The notes beneath the pieces were generated by a model. The model did not search any database, had not been told where the DNA came from, and saw nothing but the letters and a program-made list of their open reading frames with translations. Below are positions 28,738 through 42,799 of a stretch of DNA of 64,000 bases, in pieces (positions within the stretch are counted from its first letter, which is position 1; every line of letters begins with the position of its first letter). Both the position numbers and the translations under genes were made by a program. Source of the DNA: the human T2T-CHM13v2.0 reference genome, Homo sapiens; the NCBI RefSeq assembly GCF_009914755.1, contig NC_060939.1. One strand, written 5' to 3'.

Positions 28738-29042
28738 ATATATATATATATATATATTTTGAGACAAGGCCTCACTCAGTTGCCCAGACTGGAGTTCAGT
28801 GGTGCAATCTCAGCTTACTGCAGCCTCGACCACCTGGGCTCAAGTGATCCTCCCACCTCAGCCTCCCAGGTAACTGGGACTACAGGCATGCACCACCATG
28901 TCCGGCTAATTTTTGTATTTTTTTTTAGAGATGGGGCTCACCATGTTGCCCAGGCTGATCTTGAACTCCTGGAGTCAAGTGATTTGTCCACCTTGGCCTC
29001 CCAAAGTGCTGGGATTACAGGTGTGAGCTGCTGCGCCCAGCC
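28738..29042 (-). mobile_element. AluJ-type element with (TA)n tail
   Basis: Diverged dimer in reverse orientation. Confidence 0.88.
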
Positions 29043-32000
29043 TATTATCTATATTTTTTGAGGCACTAATTTATGCTTAGGCTATTCTAAGAAAAAAACT
29101 AGAAATACAAAGATTTATGGCCAAAAATGTTCAGTTCATTGCAACATTATGTATAACAGCATAAAAACAGAAACAACCTAAATGTCCAACCTGTACTATA
29201 GATTATGATGTAGTCATTGAAGTTATTTTTGAAGACTATATAATGACATAAGAAAATGCTCATCGTATCATATTAAGCAAAAAAGAACCCCATTTATTAA
29301 ATTATATTTACACAATCCTCAGTTTTGTAAGCATGAATTCTATGTCTTCATCTAAGTCACTGAGAGAAATGTGAACAGATGGGGTTTGGAACGGATGGAA
29401 GGTTCAGCAAAGTCAGCCTCCCTTTTCTGGGTTGAGGCTAGCCCTCTTCCATTCCTCCATTAACTGAACCTTCATCTGGCAATGGTTCCCAAATGTTTCC
29501 TAGGGGAGGGCACATAAGAATTACTGTGAGAGATGGTTTAGAAAAACAAAAACAGATTTTGGAGCCTGACCCACAGAGATTTCGACTCAGGAGGTCTGAG
29601 GTGGGGCCCTGGAATCCGTGTCAAAAGGCCTCCAAGTGATTCTGATGCACAGCCACGTGCAGAAGGAACCACGGCCTTCTGGTTCGAGGTTTTGAAAAGG
29701 ATATTGAACACCTTTTGTAAGTCAGCTTCTGAATGTGAGTTAGGGAAGATAATGTCAGGATGGAAAAAGCCTTCCCCCTCCTACATTTCTCCAAATACTC
29801 TGTTGCTGCTTGTCAGGTGGATGATGTGACAACTGGCCCAGCTGCTGGCCTGCAGCGCTTCCCTGCTCGGACTGCAGCTGCCAGCGCTCCCCTGCCCACC
29901 CCCCGCCCCACCTACTCACCTCCTGCCTACCCCCACCACCCCACCCAGCCCCGCCTACCCTGCAGCTCCTTGCCCTGCTCTTCAGGACTTTTGCTCCAAG
30001 TCTTGCCTCCTCTTTGTCTTCTGAGATGCCAGCTGCTCCCTCTCCATGGCTTCCCTTCTGTCCACTTTTCATTCTGCTGAGGTTGTGCTTGTCTTTACCC
30101 AAACCCCTGTGATGCTTGTGGCCAGGCCTCCTTCCCCCAGGCCTAGCTGCTGAGAATTTGACACCTCACATCCCACTCATTCCTCAACCCGCGCCATCTG
30201 GCTTCCTTCACCACCACTCACAGGCACACCTCTTGGCAAGGTCACCTGGCTCCCAAAGGCTAATCTACTGGTTCTGTTTCAGTCCTTTTCCTGGAAGCAT
30301 CTGACACTACTGACCACCACCTCTCTCCCTGGCTTTTGTGGGGGTCATCGTTGCTTTACTTGCCTCGTATCCCCTTTTCTTGGTAGCAGCATCCTCAGGA
30401 GCTGCCTTCCCCAGCTCTCAGGCCACGTGGTTGGTGGGGCTGACCTCCCCACTCCCCACATTTCATGCCCCTGCCCCTAAGGATTGGTTCAGGGATGGGC
30501 ATATGGTCAGGGTCAAACCAATGAGACTCAAGCCTGAGACTTTTACTGGGGCTGCTGAGCCAGCAGAATTCGAGGCTGGAAATGGAGGTGGCCGCCTGCC
30601 CACCCCTGAGAAGGAACACAACATGAGGAGGGCCACAGAGCCAACAGAGTCCTGGTGTGTCTCCTGCAGTCCTGGGCCAAGCCTGAAGCTTGCACATCCT
30701 GGTCTGATGGGTTTCAGGAAAACGTTCTTATCTTTTTATCTAAGCTAGCTTTGGTTGGATTTCTGTCACTTGCAACCTAAAGAGATCTGAGACAGCACTG
30801 AGCCACTACCCTCCCAGGCAATTACCCACCTCTTTGGTACTTTCCCCGGAGGGTCTCCACAAGCTCTGCTTCCTCTCACTTAAGAGTCCTGTGCAAGGAC
30901 TTCTACTTCCCAGATGCTGGCTACTAAATGCTGACACTCCCAAGTCAACAGACCAGCCCAGATATCTCCCTGAGCTCCAGACCCATGTCTTACCCCTCAT
31001 GGACATCGCCACCTTGGTGTCCACTCAAACATGACAGGTCTAAATCTAAACTTATCATTATGCCCCATCCTTCCTCTTCTTGGATCCCCATCTCAGTGAA
31101 CAGCTGTACTCCCCAGTTACCCCAGAAACCGAGGCCTCATGGGTGACACCTCCCCACCCTCACTCCCTGGCCCTCTTTGGGCAGCTAATTCTCTGCTCAT
31201 TCCTCAGGGCTCAGCTTTTAGGCTGCATTCTCAGGGAGGCAGCCTTTTCCAACCCGCAAGCCTGAATGAGGGGGTCCCTCCTATGCCCCCAGCCACCCTG
31301 TGTTTCTAGTGTTACAGCCCTTGTCACTCAGAGCTGTGGCCTGTTGACTCTCTTCTGTGATGGCTGGCCCCAACCCTGAAATCAAGATCATTTGAATAAA
31401 TGAACACTAGCATCTGTAGGTGTGATCTTATATTGTATATTGAAAATATAGTCTAATTTTCTGTAAAAATTAAATATCTCAATATTTTAGAGAGATCTGT
31501 AAAGGGTATAATATTTGGAACAGAAGATTGATTTTCAGGAGCCCCAGTATCTGGATGAGTGTGAGAACCACTAAATAGGACCCATAGTTTTTCTGTGTGA
31601 GATTTTATTTTTTTAAAAATAGATGAACCAGGCTGCCTATTAGTGAATGCCTTCACTTCCCTTTTCCTTAATTACTGAGTCTAGAAACTTATCAAGGGAA
31701 TGAAGCAGGCCTTTGTTCCTATTCAGAATCCATTTCCCTGCTTTTTTGAAAATGAGAACATCTGCCTGCTTCCAGTGTTCCAATACTTTTCATATTCTTC
31801 ACAATTTCTTAAAAGCCACCAAATACAGTTCTTTGAGCAGAAATGCAAGTTCTTTCATCCATGTGTCCGGCCAGAGATTTCCTGAACCTCGCCTGTGGCA
31901 GGCCCTGGGAGAGCTCCTCAGCCTGTGGTTTTAATCCCCTCTTGAACACAGCTGGGCTCCCTTCTGCCATCTCTGGGGCATTTTCTTTGAGGAAAAGGAG

Positions 32001-32424
32001 GAAGCTGAGTAGTTCTGCTTTCTGTTAATATTGCAGCAAGAGCCCATGAGTGGGCCGATCACTTCCTGATTCTTGTTCTTGTTCTAATCATACCTTAAAA
32101 GGCTTTTTTAATGTCCAAGGCACTTTTACCTTCTCAGCCCACTCCAGCTTCTTGATCCTTCATACCGCCCATAAACCTTGTCTGCACCCTTGCACATGCA
32201 CCCCTGCCCCTTTTTTCCCCTATTAAATACTATAGTTAAATGTTAATATCTAAAGTTTTTAAACACAATTACGGTATCAAGCATTTTATTAAAAATTTTT
32301 ATCATACTTTGATTTTACCAACTTGAGTGTTATGAACAATGAACATGTTTATACATTGACAAGAATACTCATACAGGGATTGTGGGATGGCTACTTTCAC
32401 TCCCTTTTCCCTCATCTTTACTCC

Positions 32425-32561
32425 TTTTTTTTTTTTTTTTTTGTAGAGATGGGGTCTCACTATGTTGCCCAGGGTGGTCTTGAACTCCTGAGCTCAAACG
32501 ATCCACCTACCTCAGTCTCCCAAAGTGTTAGGATTACAGGTGTGAGCCACTGCACCTGGCC
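32425..32561 (-). mobile_element. FLAM monomer with intact TSD
   Basis: 15-bp TSD CCCTCATCTTTACTC on both sides. Confidence 0.88.
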
Positions 32562-33199
32562 CCTCATCTTTACTCTTTAGTTCCTTTGCCCTTGGGTTCT
32601 TCTAGCTTATTTCTACTTTGTTTTCTTTCTGGCATCCATTTCTATTTTAAATTATTACACATAGATGCAGAAATTACTTGGCTGGCGCTAGTTGCAGAAT
32701 CATGAAAATTAAATCACATGATGCTTAGTGTTGAAAGACTGAATTGTTTTGGTTTTTTATTGAGATATAATTCATATACCAGAAAATTTATTCTTTTACA
32801 GGGTGCACTCCTTTAGTATATTCACAAAGTTGTGCAACCAATATCATTATCCAATTTCAGAACATTTTCATCACATCAAAGAGAAACTCCACGCCCACTA
32901 ACAGTCATTCTCTATTTCGTTTGCATGCGGCTATCCAGTTGTCCTAGCACCATTTGTTGAACTATAGTTTCCCCCATTGTTCTAATAGTTTTTAAGTGGT
33001 TTCTTAGGATTCTCTACATAGAAGATCATGTCATCTGCAAAGAGTTTTACTTTTTTCTCTCCAGTCTGGGAGTTTATTTCTTTTCTTGCCTTATTTCCCT
33101 GCTCTCTACCCTTTTAAAGCCTATATAGTTTCTTGAGTGACTTCCCTCTTTTTTCCTCATTAGAATAAGTTTTCTGGGGAGAGGGAACAGAGCATATGA

Positions 33200-33543
<344 letters not shown>

Positions 33544-35899
33544 TCATTTCAAATGGACTTCATACTTTTTCAGTGGAAATGTCTTCCTTCACAGCACCTG
33601 GGGCCAGGGATTTTCTGGAGGAATCTTTGAAATCTGTTTTCCTCAAGTTTTGGACACAAGCCTGGGTGAGCTCCATATCCATCCTTCCTCGGCTAGTACA
33701 GAGTCTAAGATGACATGGTCACTTTCCCCCATGCCCATCTCCCCTCCTTCTCTGGCCAATTCTTTATTGCCAGTCAAAGGCAGAAGAGCCAACAGCAATA
33801 AGAGAAGATTCCCACCATGTCAGCACAGGTTCTGTGTCATCAGTGACCTCTTGGAATGTGCAGGAAGCCAGGGAGATAAGAATCTATGGCTATGTAGATT
33901 AGGTACACCCCACAGCCAAGTATGAGCTTCTAGGGCCCAATCGCTAGAAGCAAACAACCCAGACCACTAACCAGGCTCTAACTAAGGCAGGATCCAGGAT
34001 GCTCAGCACCCTGGGCCAACCCTTCCGCTCAAGATGAATCCATGGTTCATTTACAGTGTCTGGGGTGATATTTAATTCCAAGTTCACAAGTCTCCAGGGT
34101 AGCTGCCCTTTTGTTTGGGGATTTCCTCCCGGGTGCTAAATCACTTCCTCCTAGCTCCAATCTGAAAAGCAATTCAGGTCTCCTGTGGCCTCACCAAGCT
34201 TCCTGCCCACACTGATTTTCTTCTAACCTCACTGGTCTACCTTGTGTACATCACCTAACAACAAAGCCACTTAGCTCAAGGAAAGCCTCAAGAACAAATG
34301 GCTTCCTAATAAGGTGATTCCTCCCTCACCCTAGGGTGGCCCACAGCTCCAGCACCTGCTGAGAGGTGGCCAATTTGGATGAGGTAGCTGCCAGGAATCA
34401 AATCTCAGAACCCTTCATAAAACTGCGCTTAGCTATTCCACAAATTTCTCCAAATAATGAAACAGAGAGAAGAGTGAGAATATAATGAGAGAGAAATCTG
34501 GAAAAATACAAAAGATAAATTCATGTTCCTGTGAGTTGTATTCATCTTCCTGGGAGTTGATAATCAGGCTGGCTAGCTATCCAGTCTATGGGAGCAGAGA
34601 GAGGGCTGCATTATCTCCAGATTGGCACAGCATCTAGCAGGGGCTCCCTGATGACACCTGGGCACAACAAGGACCTCACAGCAAAGACAAACAGGAGGAA
34701 ATGCCTAGGGTGTGGGGACATGCCACCACTAAATTACAAAAATATATGCCTTTCTTCTTTGTATGTTTCAACAGTACCGCTTCCCACTCTTGTACCACTT
34801 GGCCATAACACTTTATTATCCCTAGTACCTAAAAACTAGACAGTATTACTGAGACCTTAAATGTGACATTTGTCATCTTTCAAGGTGCCAGTTACTGTAA
34901 TACAGCTATGGTTCATTTTGAGTGTCTGGGTGACGGTGACATATTTAATTCTATTTTTGTCTTGTCCATAAGCACCAAATAAAGCAATTTTGAAATTACT
35001 TTCTTCACACTCAATTTATTATCTAGAACGACATTTCAATACACAGTATATTTGTTTTGTGGAATTCATTCGCAGTGTATCTGGAGGCCTGGATTTAACA
35101 TATTTCCTGTAGTGATAGCTACTCTATTTGTAGGAACTATTTAGGTCACTGGAGTGGAGAAAAAGAGGTCGCTACTTAACAGAAATGGCATGTATCCAAA
35201 TATAGATGCAGTTTTCTCAACACCTGTTGCACATCAAATGATGAAGAGATTGTTACAATTTCCAAAACCCTGGACCAAAACCTTAAATGATCAGCACTTT
35301 GTTTCAACTGATACACGGCTTAAGTCAGAAAAATAAGTTCTTCTTACCAAAAACAGTGAGCCTAAATATGCTGGCTGCTTTAGAAATAAAACAGGTGATC
35401 AACAAAGCAATCTGTTTCTGTCTAAATAATTTCCCAGCAAAAGTCACTTCTTTTGAAACTATATGATTTGAACCACAGGGTATGCACAGTGATTGTGTGC
35501 TTTCAGAAACACGGTAAGCATGACAAATATTTTCAGTTGTCAAGGGTAAGCGAGGAGGGAATGACCCACCTAAGAAATGGAAACTAACAAATAGTAATAT
35601 GACACTCCCCCTTAGTTCCACAGGCTGGTGCGGCTGCTACACGCAGCTCACTTCCTACGGGCGGCTAAAGGCGGTGCATGAACTGAACGTAGGCGGCCTC
35701 TTTATCCCCTCCCCACAACACTGTGGGGTGGCACGTAAAGACCTCAAGGGAAGGGGGCCTGGGCGATACGCTCTCCTGCTGCCATTCATTTGTTCAAGAA
35801 ATAGTTGAACAAATGAATAGTTAAACAAACTCTCCAACTAGGACTCTGTCCCATTCGGATACCCTACGCCTCTCCCCCCATTTCCATCCCTAGGCATCA

Positions 35900-36900
35900 C
35901 TCCCTCGTCAAGAATATGCTGATTATGGCTCGCGCCCCCTCTCTCCCTTGGACCCTCCCGCCAGGGCGACCGGACGAGGCCAGCGGGAGCAACGCCTTCC
36001 GAACCGCAAGGAAGGAGGGCTCGGAGTGCGCAGGGCGCGGGTTCGCGGGACCCTCCAGCGCGCGGGGCTGGCCAGCCGGGGCGGGGCCGAGGGCACCGGG
36101 CGCCGAGCTCCGGGAGGGGTCCCCGAGGTCGCGCCGGCCGGGAGGGGCAGCGGCGGGAGGCGGCCGACTGCGGCGCACACGTGGGGAGGGCGGAGCGGGG
36201 CGGGAGCCGGGCGAGGGGCGGTGACGGTACCTGATGAAGGTGGTCTTGCCGGTGCTGTACTGGCCCACCAGCAGGATCATGGGCTTGTTCTCGAAGTCGG
36301 CGTCCTCCAGCGCAGGCGAGTGGAACTCGTGGAAGCGGTACGCCTCCTCCAGCGGCAGCACCTTGCGCAGGTAGAGCGAGCGCAGCCCGCCCGTCACCGT
36401 CTGCACCGCGTCCGCGCCGCCAGCGCGTTCGCGCCCGCCCGCCTGCCGCCCCATCCAGCTGAACATCCTGCCGCCAGTCCACGCTCGGATGGGACCCTGC
36501 TCCGGGTTCGACTCTCCCCGGCTCGCACTGAGCCGCCCCGGCCGCGCTGGCCGCCGCCCGAGGAGGGCCCCGCCTTGTGCTGCCACAGCCAGTCTTCGGC
36601 CGCTACGTCACGCGCGCTCGCCCACTATTCAGACGAGCTCTCTCAGGTCCTTCCTGATTGGATCTCTGCCAGAGAGGGCTGAAGGCGTCAGCCAATTGAG
36701 AGGAGGTTCTTAATGAATTATTGATGACGGAGTCATTCTAGAGGACTGGGCGGGGAGATGGTGTCTTCCCGGCCGGGTGGCACTGACCGGTCATGCTCAG
36801 GGCCCCCTTCTGGTTGCCGGTGCCTCACCTCTGGCCAGGTGGCATCGGCTTCCGGGTAAATCTGAGCTGCCCAAAGCGAGCCTCCGGAGGCTGCTCCATC
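35900..36900. promoter_or_regulatory. CpG island / EHD4 promoter, probably bidirectional
   Basis: Very high GC and CpG density around exon 1. CRE-like TACGTCA at ~36604-36610, CCAAT boxes in opposite orientations (36657-36661 and 36692-36696), GC box GGGCGGGG at 36748-36755, no evident TATA. Confidence 0.9.
36231..36466 (-). CDS. EHD4: EHD4 coding exon 1 (236 nt): N-terminus and P-loop of the dynamin-like ATPase domain
   Basis: ATG at 36466 in AGGATGT context. Translates MFSWMGRQAGG...LVGQYSTGKTTFI(R), with the EHD-family P-loop GQYSTGKT. Donor AG|GTACCG at 36231/36230, phase 2. Confidence 0.98.
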
Positions 36901-37142
36901 TCCTGGAACGTTTACTCATTCAGGCCTCTGGACGTCGATACTGGGGATGAAAAGTTCAGAAAGTGGACAGGCAGGTTCTGTCTTCCCGGGGGCGGGTGGT
37001 TATGACTCCATTTTACAGGCCAAGAGACCCAGGCTCACGGGCATAATTGACACAATCTTGAGGGGAAGTGGACTGGAATCTATTTGAGTAGCCGTTTCTC
37101 CTACTTCTCCACATTGCCCTCACTAAATTCTGGATCAGCTAA

Positions 37143-37589
<447 letters not shown>

Positions 37590-37699
37590 TGTTTCTTTTC
37601 TAGGTTAAAAGGATACTCACTTATCTAAGTTGAGATTGGGGGAAATAATCACCTTTTGTGTCCTTGATTGTAGCTTAGGAATATTTCTTAGTTGTTTTA

Positions 37700-38020
37700 G
37701 AGCATTTCTCAAGTGTGATCCATGGGGCCACCTGCATATATGCATTTATGAGCTGGGATGCTTGTTAAAATGCAGATTCCTGGTCTTCAGTCCAGACCTA
37801 CTGAGTTAAAATATTGAGGAGAGATGGAGCTCAACAGATGCCCTAGGTGACTCTGATGTGGCCTAAGTCTGGGGAAACAGTACACCCTGCAGTACTTCTC
37901 CAACCTAACAGAAATGCGGATTCTGATTCGGTAGGTATGGGATGGGGCCCATGACTCTACATTTCTAACAGGCTCTCGGGTATTGCCAATGCTACCCATC
38001 CCTGGACCATACTTGGAGTA
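37700..38020. mobile_element. MER5-like hAT transposon fragments
   Basis: Contains GCTTGTTAAAATGCAGATTCCTGG and CAGAAATGCGGATTCTGATTC motifs. Confidence 0.55.
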
Positions 38021-39967
38021 TGAGAGAACAGGACTTTGCATCAAAAGATCTGGGTTTGAACCTTGACTATGTAAATTAATGGCTGTGTGATTTTAAATGT
38101 GATGAGTTACCTCTCTGCCCTAGTTTCCTTAAGAGCAAAATGGAAACTCCTTTGGAGTTGTTGTGTGGGTCACATAGTTGGAGGGAATTGTATGTAACTA
38201 GGGAAGTGAAAAGAAAGCCAAGGGAAAATAAAGTTAGACATCTGCCTTGTGTCAAAATAAAACAAAGATTGAAATGTAAAAAGAAAATGAAACCACTGCA
38301 CTACTAGAAGAAGGTACAAGAGATTTATACAATTTGGCGGTGGAAAAGCCTTTCTAACCAACATTAAGGACAGAAATTATGAAAGCAAAGGCTGACATAT
38401 TTGACAACAAAAGTAAAAGCTTCGATGTATTTTTTTAGAATACATAAAAACAAACGGATATAAATACAATCTTACCATATGATGCAGAAATCAGCTCCTT
38501 AGTATTTACCCAAATGAATTGAAAACTTATATCCACAGAAAAGCCTGTACATGGATGTTCATAGTGGCTTTATTCATAAGTGCCAAAAATTGGAAGCAAC
38601 TAACATGTCCTTCAGTAAGTGAAAGGATAATCTGTGGTACATCCAGACAATGGAATCTTATTCAGCACTAAAAAGAAATGAGCTATCAAGCCATAAAAAG
38701 ACACAGAGGAAACTTAAATGCCTATTACTAAGTGAAAGAAGCCAATCCGAAAATGCTATGTACTGTACGATTTCATCTTTATGACATTCTGGAGAAGGCA
38801 AAATTATGGAGGAAGTAAAAAGGTCAGTAGTTTCTAGGTGTTAGGGAGAAGGAAGGAATGAACAGGCAGAGAACAGAGGATTTTTATGGCAGTGGCTCTA
38901 CTTTTTATGGTACTATAATGATGGATACATGTCATTATATATTTGTCAAAACCCACAGAATGTACAACACCAAGAGTGAATGTAAGTGATAATGACTCGT
39001 GAATTTCAGATCAGTTTTAGGTTCACAGCAAAATGGAGCATAAAGTACCGAGAGTTCCCATATACCCCCACCCTCCCCGACACACAGCCTCCCCCACTAT
39101 CAACATCCTGAACCAATGGAACATTCGTTACAATCAATAAACCTAACCTAAATAGATACATCACTAAATTAACTTAAAATGGAACTAGATATAAAACTAA
39201 TATAAATGTAGAACTAAATGTAAAACTTAAGATTATAAAACTTCTAGTAGAAAACACGGGAGAAAATTGTTGTGAACTTGGGTTAGGGAAAGATTTCTTA
39301 GGTGACACCAAAAGCACAATCCTTAAAGGAAAAAAAAGTTGGTAAATTGGATTTCATTAAACTTGAGAACTTCTGACCTTTGAAAGTACTGTGAAGAGAA
39401 TGAAAAGACAAGACAAGGCACAGAATATACTTGCAGATCACATATCTGATAAAGGACTTGTATCCAGAATATTTAAAAACTTCTTAAAACTTAATAGTAA
39501 AAACCCCAATTTTAAAATTTCCATTTAAAAAATGGAAAAAAGATCTAAACAGATATTTTACAAAAGAAGATGTATGGATGGCAAATAAGCACATGAAGAC
39601 ATGTTCAACATTGTTGTTTGTTAGGAGAATGCGAATTAAAACCACAGCAAGATACTACCACATACCTATTAGAATGTCTAAAATTAGGAAAGACTGATCA
39701 TGCCAATCATTGATGAGGATGTGGAGCAACTGGAACTCTTACACATTGTTGGTCAGAATGTAAAATGGCACAACCACTTTGGAAAACAGTGTGGCAGTTT
39801 CTTAAAAAGTGGAACGTACACTTACCACATGACCCAGCAGGGGAGGAGCAGAGGGAAGGATTGCAAAAGGCACTGGAAAGCTTTTGGGGCTGAAGGGTTT
39901 ATTCATTACCTTGATTGTGGTTATGGTTTCACCATTGTATACATATGTAAAAACTCATGAAATTATG

Positions 39968-40345
39968 TACGTTGGATCCTCCATATCTCTGTGTTCTGTA
40001 TCCATGGATTCAATCAACCACAGATGGAAAATATTTGGGGAAAAAAATGGATGGTTGCATCTGTACTGAACACATACAGACCTTTTTTCCTTTTCATTAT
40101 TCCCTAAGCAATACAGTATAACAACTATTTTCATATCATCTACATTAATAATAAGTAATCTAGGTAGGATTTAAAGTATATGGGTTCCTGATGCATGGCG
40201 TTTTAAGTTTAAAAGAAAGTATGTGGAGGATGTGCTTAGGCTATACGCAAATACAATACCTTTTTTTTTTTTTTTTACAATACCATTTTATATAAGGGAG
40301 TTGAGCATCCATGGTTTTGGTATTCCCAGGGGTCCTGGACTCACG
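39968..40345. mobile_element. Tigger3/MER-type DNA transposon
   Basis: CATGGATTCAATCAACCACAGATGGAAAATATT...TTCCCTAAGCAATACAGTATAACAACTATTT...TTGAGCATCC pattern. Confidence 0.65.
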
Positions 40346-40740
40346 GATAAATGTACTTTAAATATGCACAGTTGATCATATGTTTATTACACCTTGATTA
40401 GTTGTTAAATATGGTCATACTTTTTGACTCAGGAATTTTTATCTTGAGGAAATTTATCCTGAGGGTATTTATACTGAGGAAATGATTAATGTAAATTTTT
40501 ATCTAAGACGATGGTTGTCAGCATGGAGCTGTCTATCATCATGGAGGATTAGTTAAGCAAATTATGGGTTCCTATGTGGTTACTGAAAACTATGTCATTT
40601 GACAAGAATATTAATGATGTGCAAAAATGCTCAGAATATATTTTTAAGTGGAAAAAGGCTAGATTACAAAAGTGAATGTACATGCAGCTGCTAGGGAAAA
40701 CAATATGGAGGTTCTGCAACAATTTAAAAATAGAACTACT

Positions 40741-41048
40741 GGCCAGGTGCAGTGGCTCACGCCTGTAATCCCAGCACTTTGGAAGGCCAAGGCAGGCAGA
40801 TCCCTTGAGGTAAGTAAGGAATTCAAGACCAGCCTGGCCAACATGGCAAAGCCCATCTCTACTAAAAATAACAAAAATTAGCCAGGCATCATGGCGGGCA
40901 CCTGTAATCCCAGCTACTCGGGAGTCTGAGGTAGGAGAATCACCTCAACCCGGGAGGTAGATAGAGGTCGCAGTAAGCTGAGATTGTGCTACTGCACTCC
41001 AGCCTGGGTGACAGAGCAAGACTGTCTCAAACAAAACAAAACAAAAAC
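40741..41048 (+). mobile_element. AluS-type element within L1
   Basis: Dimer with (CAAAA)n tail. Confidence 0.9.
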
Positions 41049-41941
41049 TACCATATGATTTACCAATCCCCAATTTGGGTATATATTTAAAAGAATTAAA
41101 AGCAAGCTCTCAAAGAGGTATTTGTCTACCCATGTTCACAGCAGCATCATTCATAATAGCCAAGAGGTGGAAGCAAGCCAGTGTCCATCGATGGATGAAT
41201 GGATAAACGAAATGTAACACACACACACACACGCACACAGAGGAATATTATTCAGCCTTAAAATGGAAGAATATTCTGGTACATGCTACACCCTGGAACA
41301 CGGATGAACCTTGAGGACATTATGCTGAGTGAAATAAGACAGTCACAAACAGCCAAATGCTGTATGATTCCACTCATATGAGGTTTCTAAAGTAGTCAAA
41401 TTCACAGAAGCAGAAAGTAGAATGGTGGTTATCAGGGGCTGGCGGGAGGGGAATGGGGAGTTGTTCAATGGGTATAGAGTTTTAGTTTTGCAAAATGAAA
41501 GAGTTCTGGAGATCTGTTGCACAACAGTGTGAATATGCCTGAAACTGCTGAACTTTACACTTCAAATTATTAAAACGGTAAATGGTGTGCGTGTTTTCTA
41601 CCACACGTCTTTTAAAGTGGACGTACAGGATTTTTGTACTTTTGTTTTAAACAGTTTAAAGTATCTAAGAAAAAGATGGGAAGGAAAAACCCCCAAATAA
41701 TAACGATGTCTGAGTTTTGGACTGGTAAATGATCTTAGTTTCCTCTTTATAAGCTGTAGCATTTTTCAAATGTTACACAGTAATCACGTTCCTGTTATAA
41801 AAGCAGAAAAAATTATCAGGAAGAAAAAAATGTACTGTCTTTAATCTTAAAAAAAAAAAAGAAAAGAAGAGAAAGTCCTAAAAGCGCCTGGCCCAGAGGA
41901 GGCACCAGTCCCATCTTGCTTCGCTCCCTGCTTGCCTTCAT

Positions 41942-42271
41942 GCAGTTGCAGCTTTCTTATTTATTATTTTTGTAGGCACATAGTAGGTGTGTATATTCAT
42001 GGGGTAGCAGCAGCTTAATTTATTTTTGTGGGCACATAATAGGTGTGCATATTCATGGGGCAGTGACAGCTTTTTTTCTTATTTATTTTGTTTTTGTGGG
42101 CACATAGTAGGTGTGCATATTCATGGGGCAGTGACAGCTTTATTTTATTGTTTTTGTGGGCATATAGTAGGTGTGCATATTCATGGGGCAGCGGCAGCTT
42201 TCTTATTTACTTTATTGTTTTTGTGGGCACATAGTAGGTGTGCATATTCATGGGGCAGCGGCAGCTTTCTT
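41942..42271. repeat. Minisatellite, 5 copies of a ~54-70 bp unit
   Basis: Core TTTTTGTGGGCACATAGTAGGTGTGCATATTCATGGGGCAG..GCAGCTT repeated 5 times with variable T-rich spacers. Confidence 0.93.
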
Positions 42272-42799
42272 GTGCTTGCTCTACCCTCAATGAAGCCAGA
42301 CAGTGGCAGATCCTCCCCGCCATAGTCATGTTGCATCTGTTTGCAAATCATTCTGCTCTTTGGTTTTCTTTCTTCAGACTAAACAGTCCCAATTGCAGTC
42401 ACTCTTTCATCTGAATCCAGTTGTTTTTCAGGTCAAATCCTATCACAGGCAGTTCTACAAGGGAATGCCATTAGTTGTTCGGAAATCTATTGTATTGAAT
42501 GCATGCTTGAAATTAGGAAGCTGGTAATAATGGTCAGAAGATTTGCTCTAGACCATGTTCAGTGGTTGGCTTTAAATGGTGATCAAGTCCAGTGTTTTAC
42601 CCTGAAAACTGGATTGCAGAGTGGTTAAAGGCCTGGGAGACTCGTGCTGAGACCAGAGGCAGTGCTGTGGCCTGGTGCTCTCACACGCTGATGGCCTTTC
42701 TCTGTGGCCACTCACCCAAGTCACTGCCACCACCCAGAGGAGGGGCTTATAGGACACACAGGTGGAGATGGCTAGGAGGTACTTGCAGGAAGTCTGCTA

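Larger units (their letters stand above)
38350..41620 (+). mobile_element. Composite of old L1M 3' fragments with nested Tigger and Alu
   Basis: L1 3' motifs (TGTGGTACATCCAGACAATGGAAT, GATGAACCTTGAGGACATTATGCTGAGTGAAATAAG). Boundaries approximate. Confidence 0.75.

Noticed and set aside
34000-34022. RE1/REST-like TCAGCACC..GG motif
   Set aside because: The right half (GGACAG) is poorly matched; chance level.
35897-36586. 229-aa ORF suggesting a 40-aa N-terminal extension and C-terminal read-through of EHD4 exon 1
   Set aside because: It starts at GTG, probably upstream of the TSS. The real ATG at 36466 has good context, and the tail runs past the splice donor. Stop-poor GC-rich sequence explains the length.
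35838-36713. Other long ORFs over the CpG island (214 aa, 244 aa and others)
   Set aside because: Arg/Gly/Pro/Ala-rich products typical of alternative frames in GC-rich DNA; no recognisable domain.
42026-42325. 99-aa repetitive ORF (FCGHIVGVHIHGA repeats)
   Set aside because: Translation of the minisatellite.
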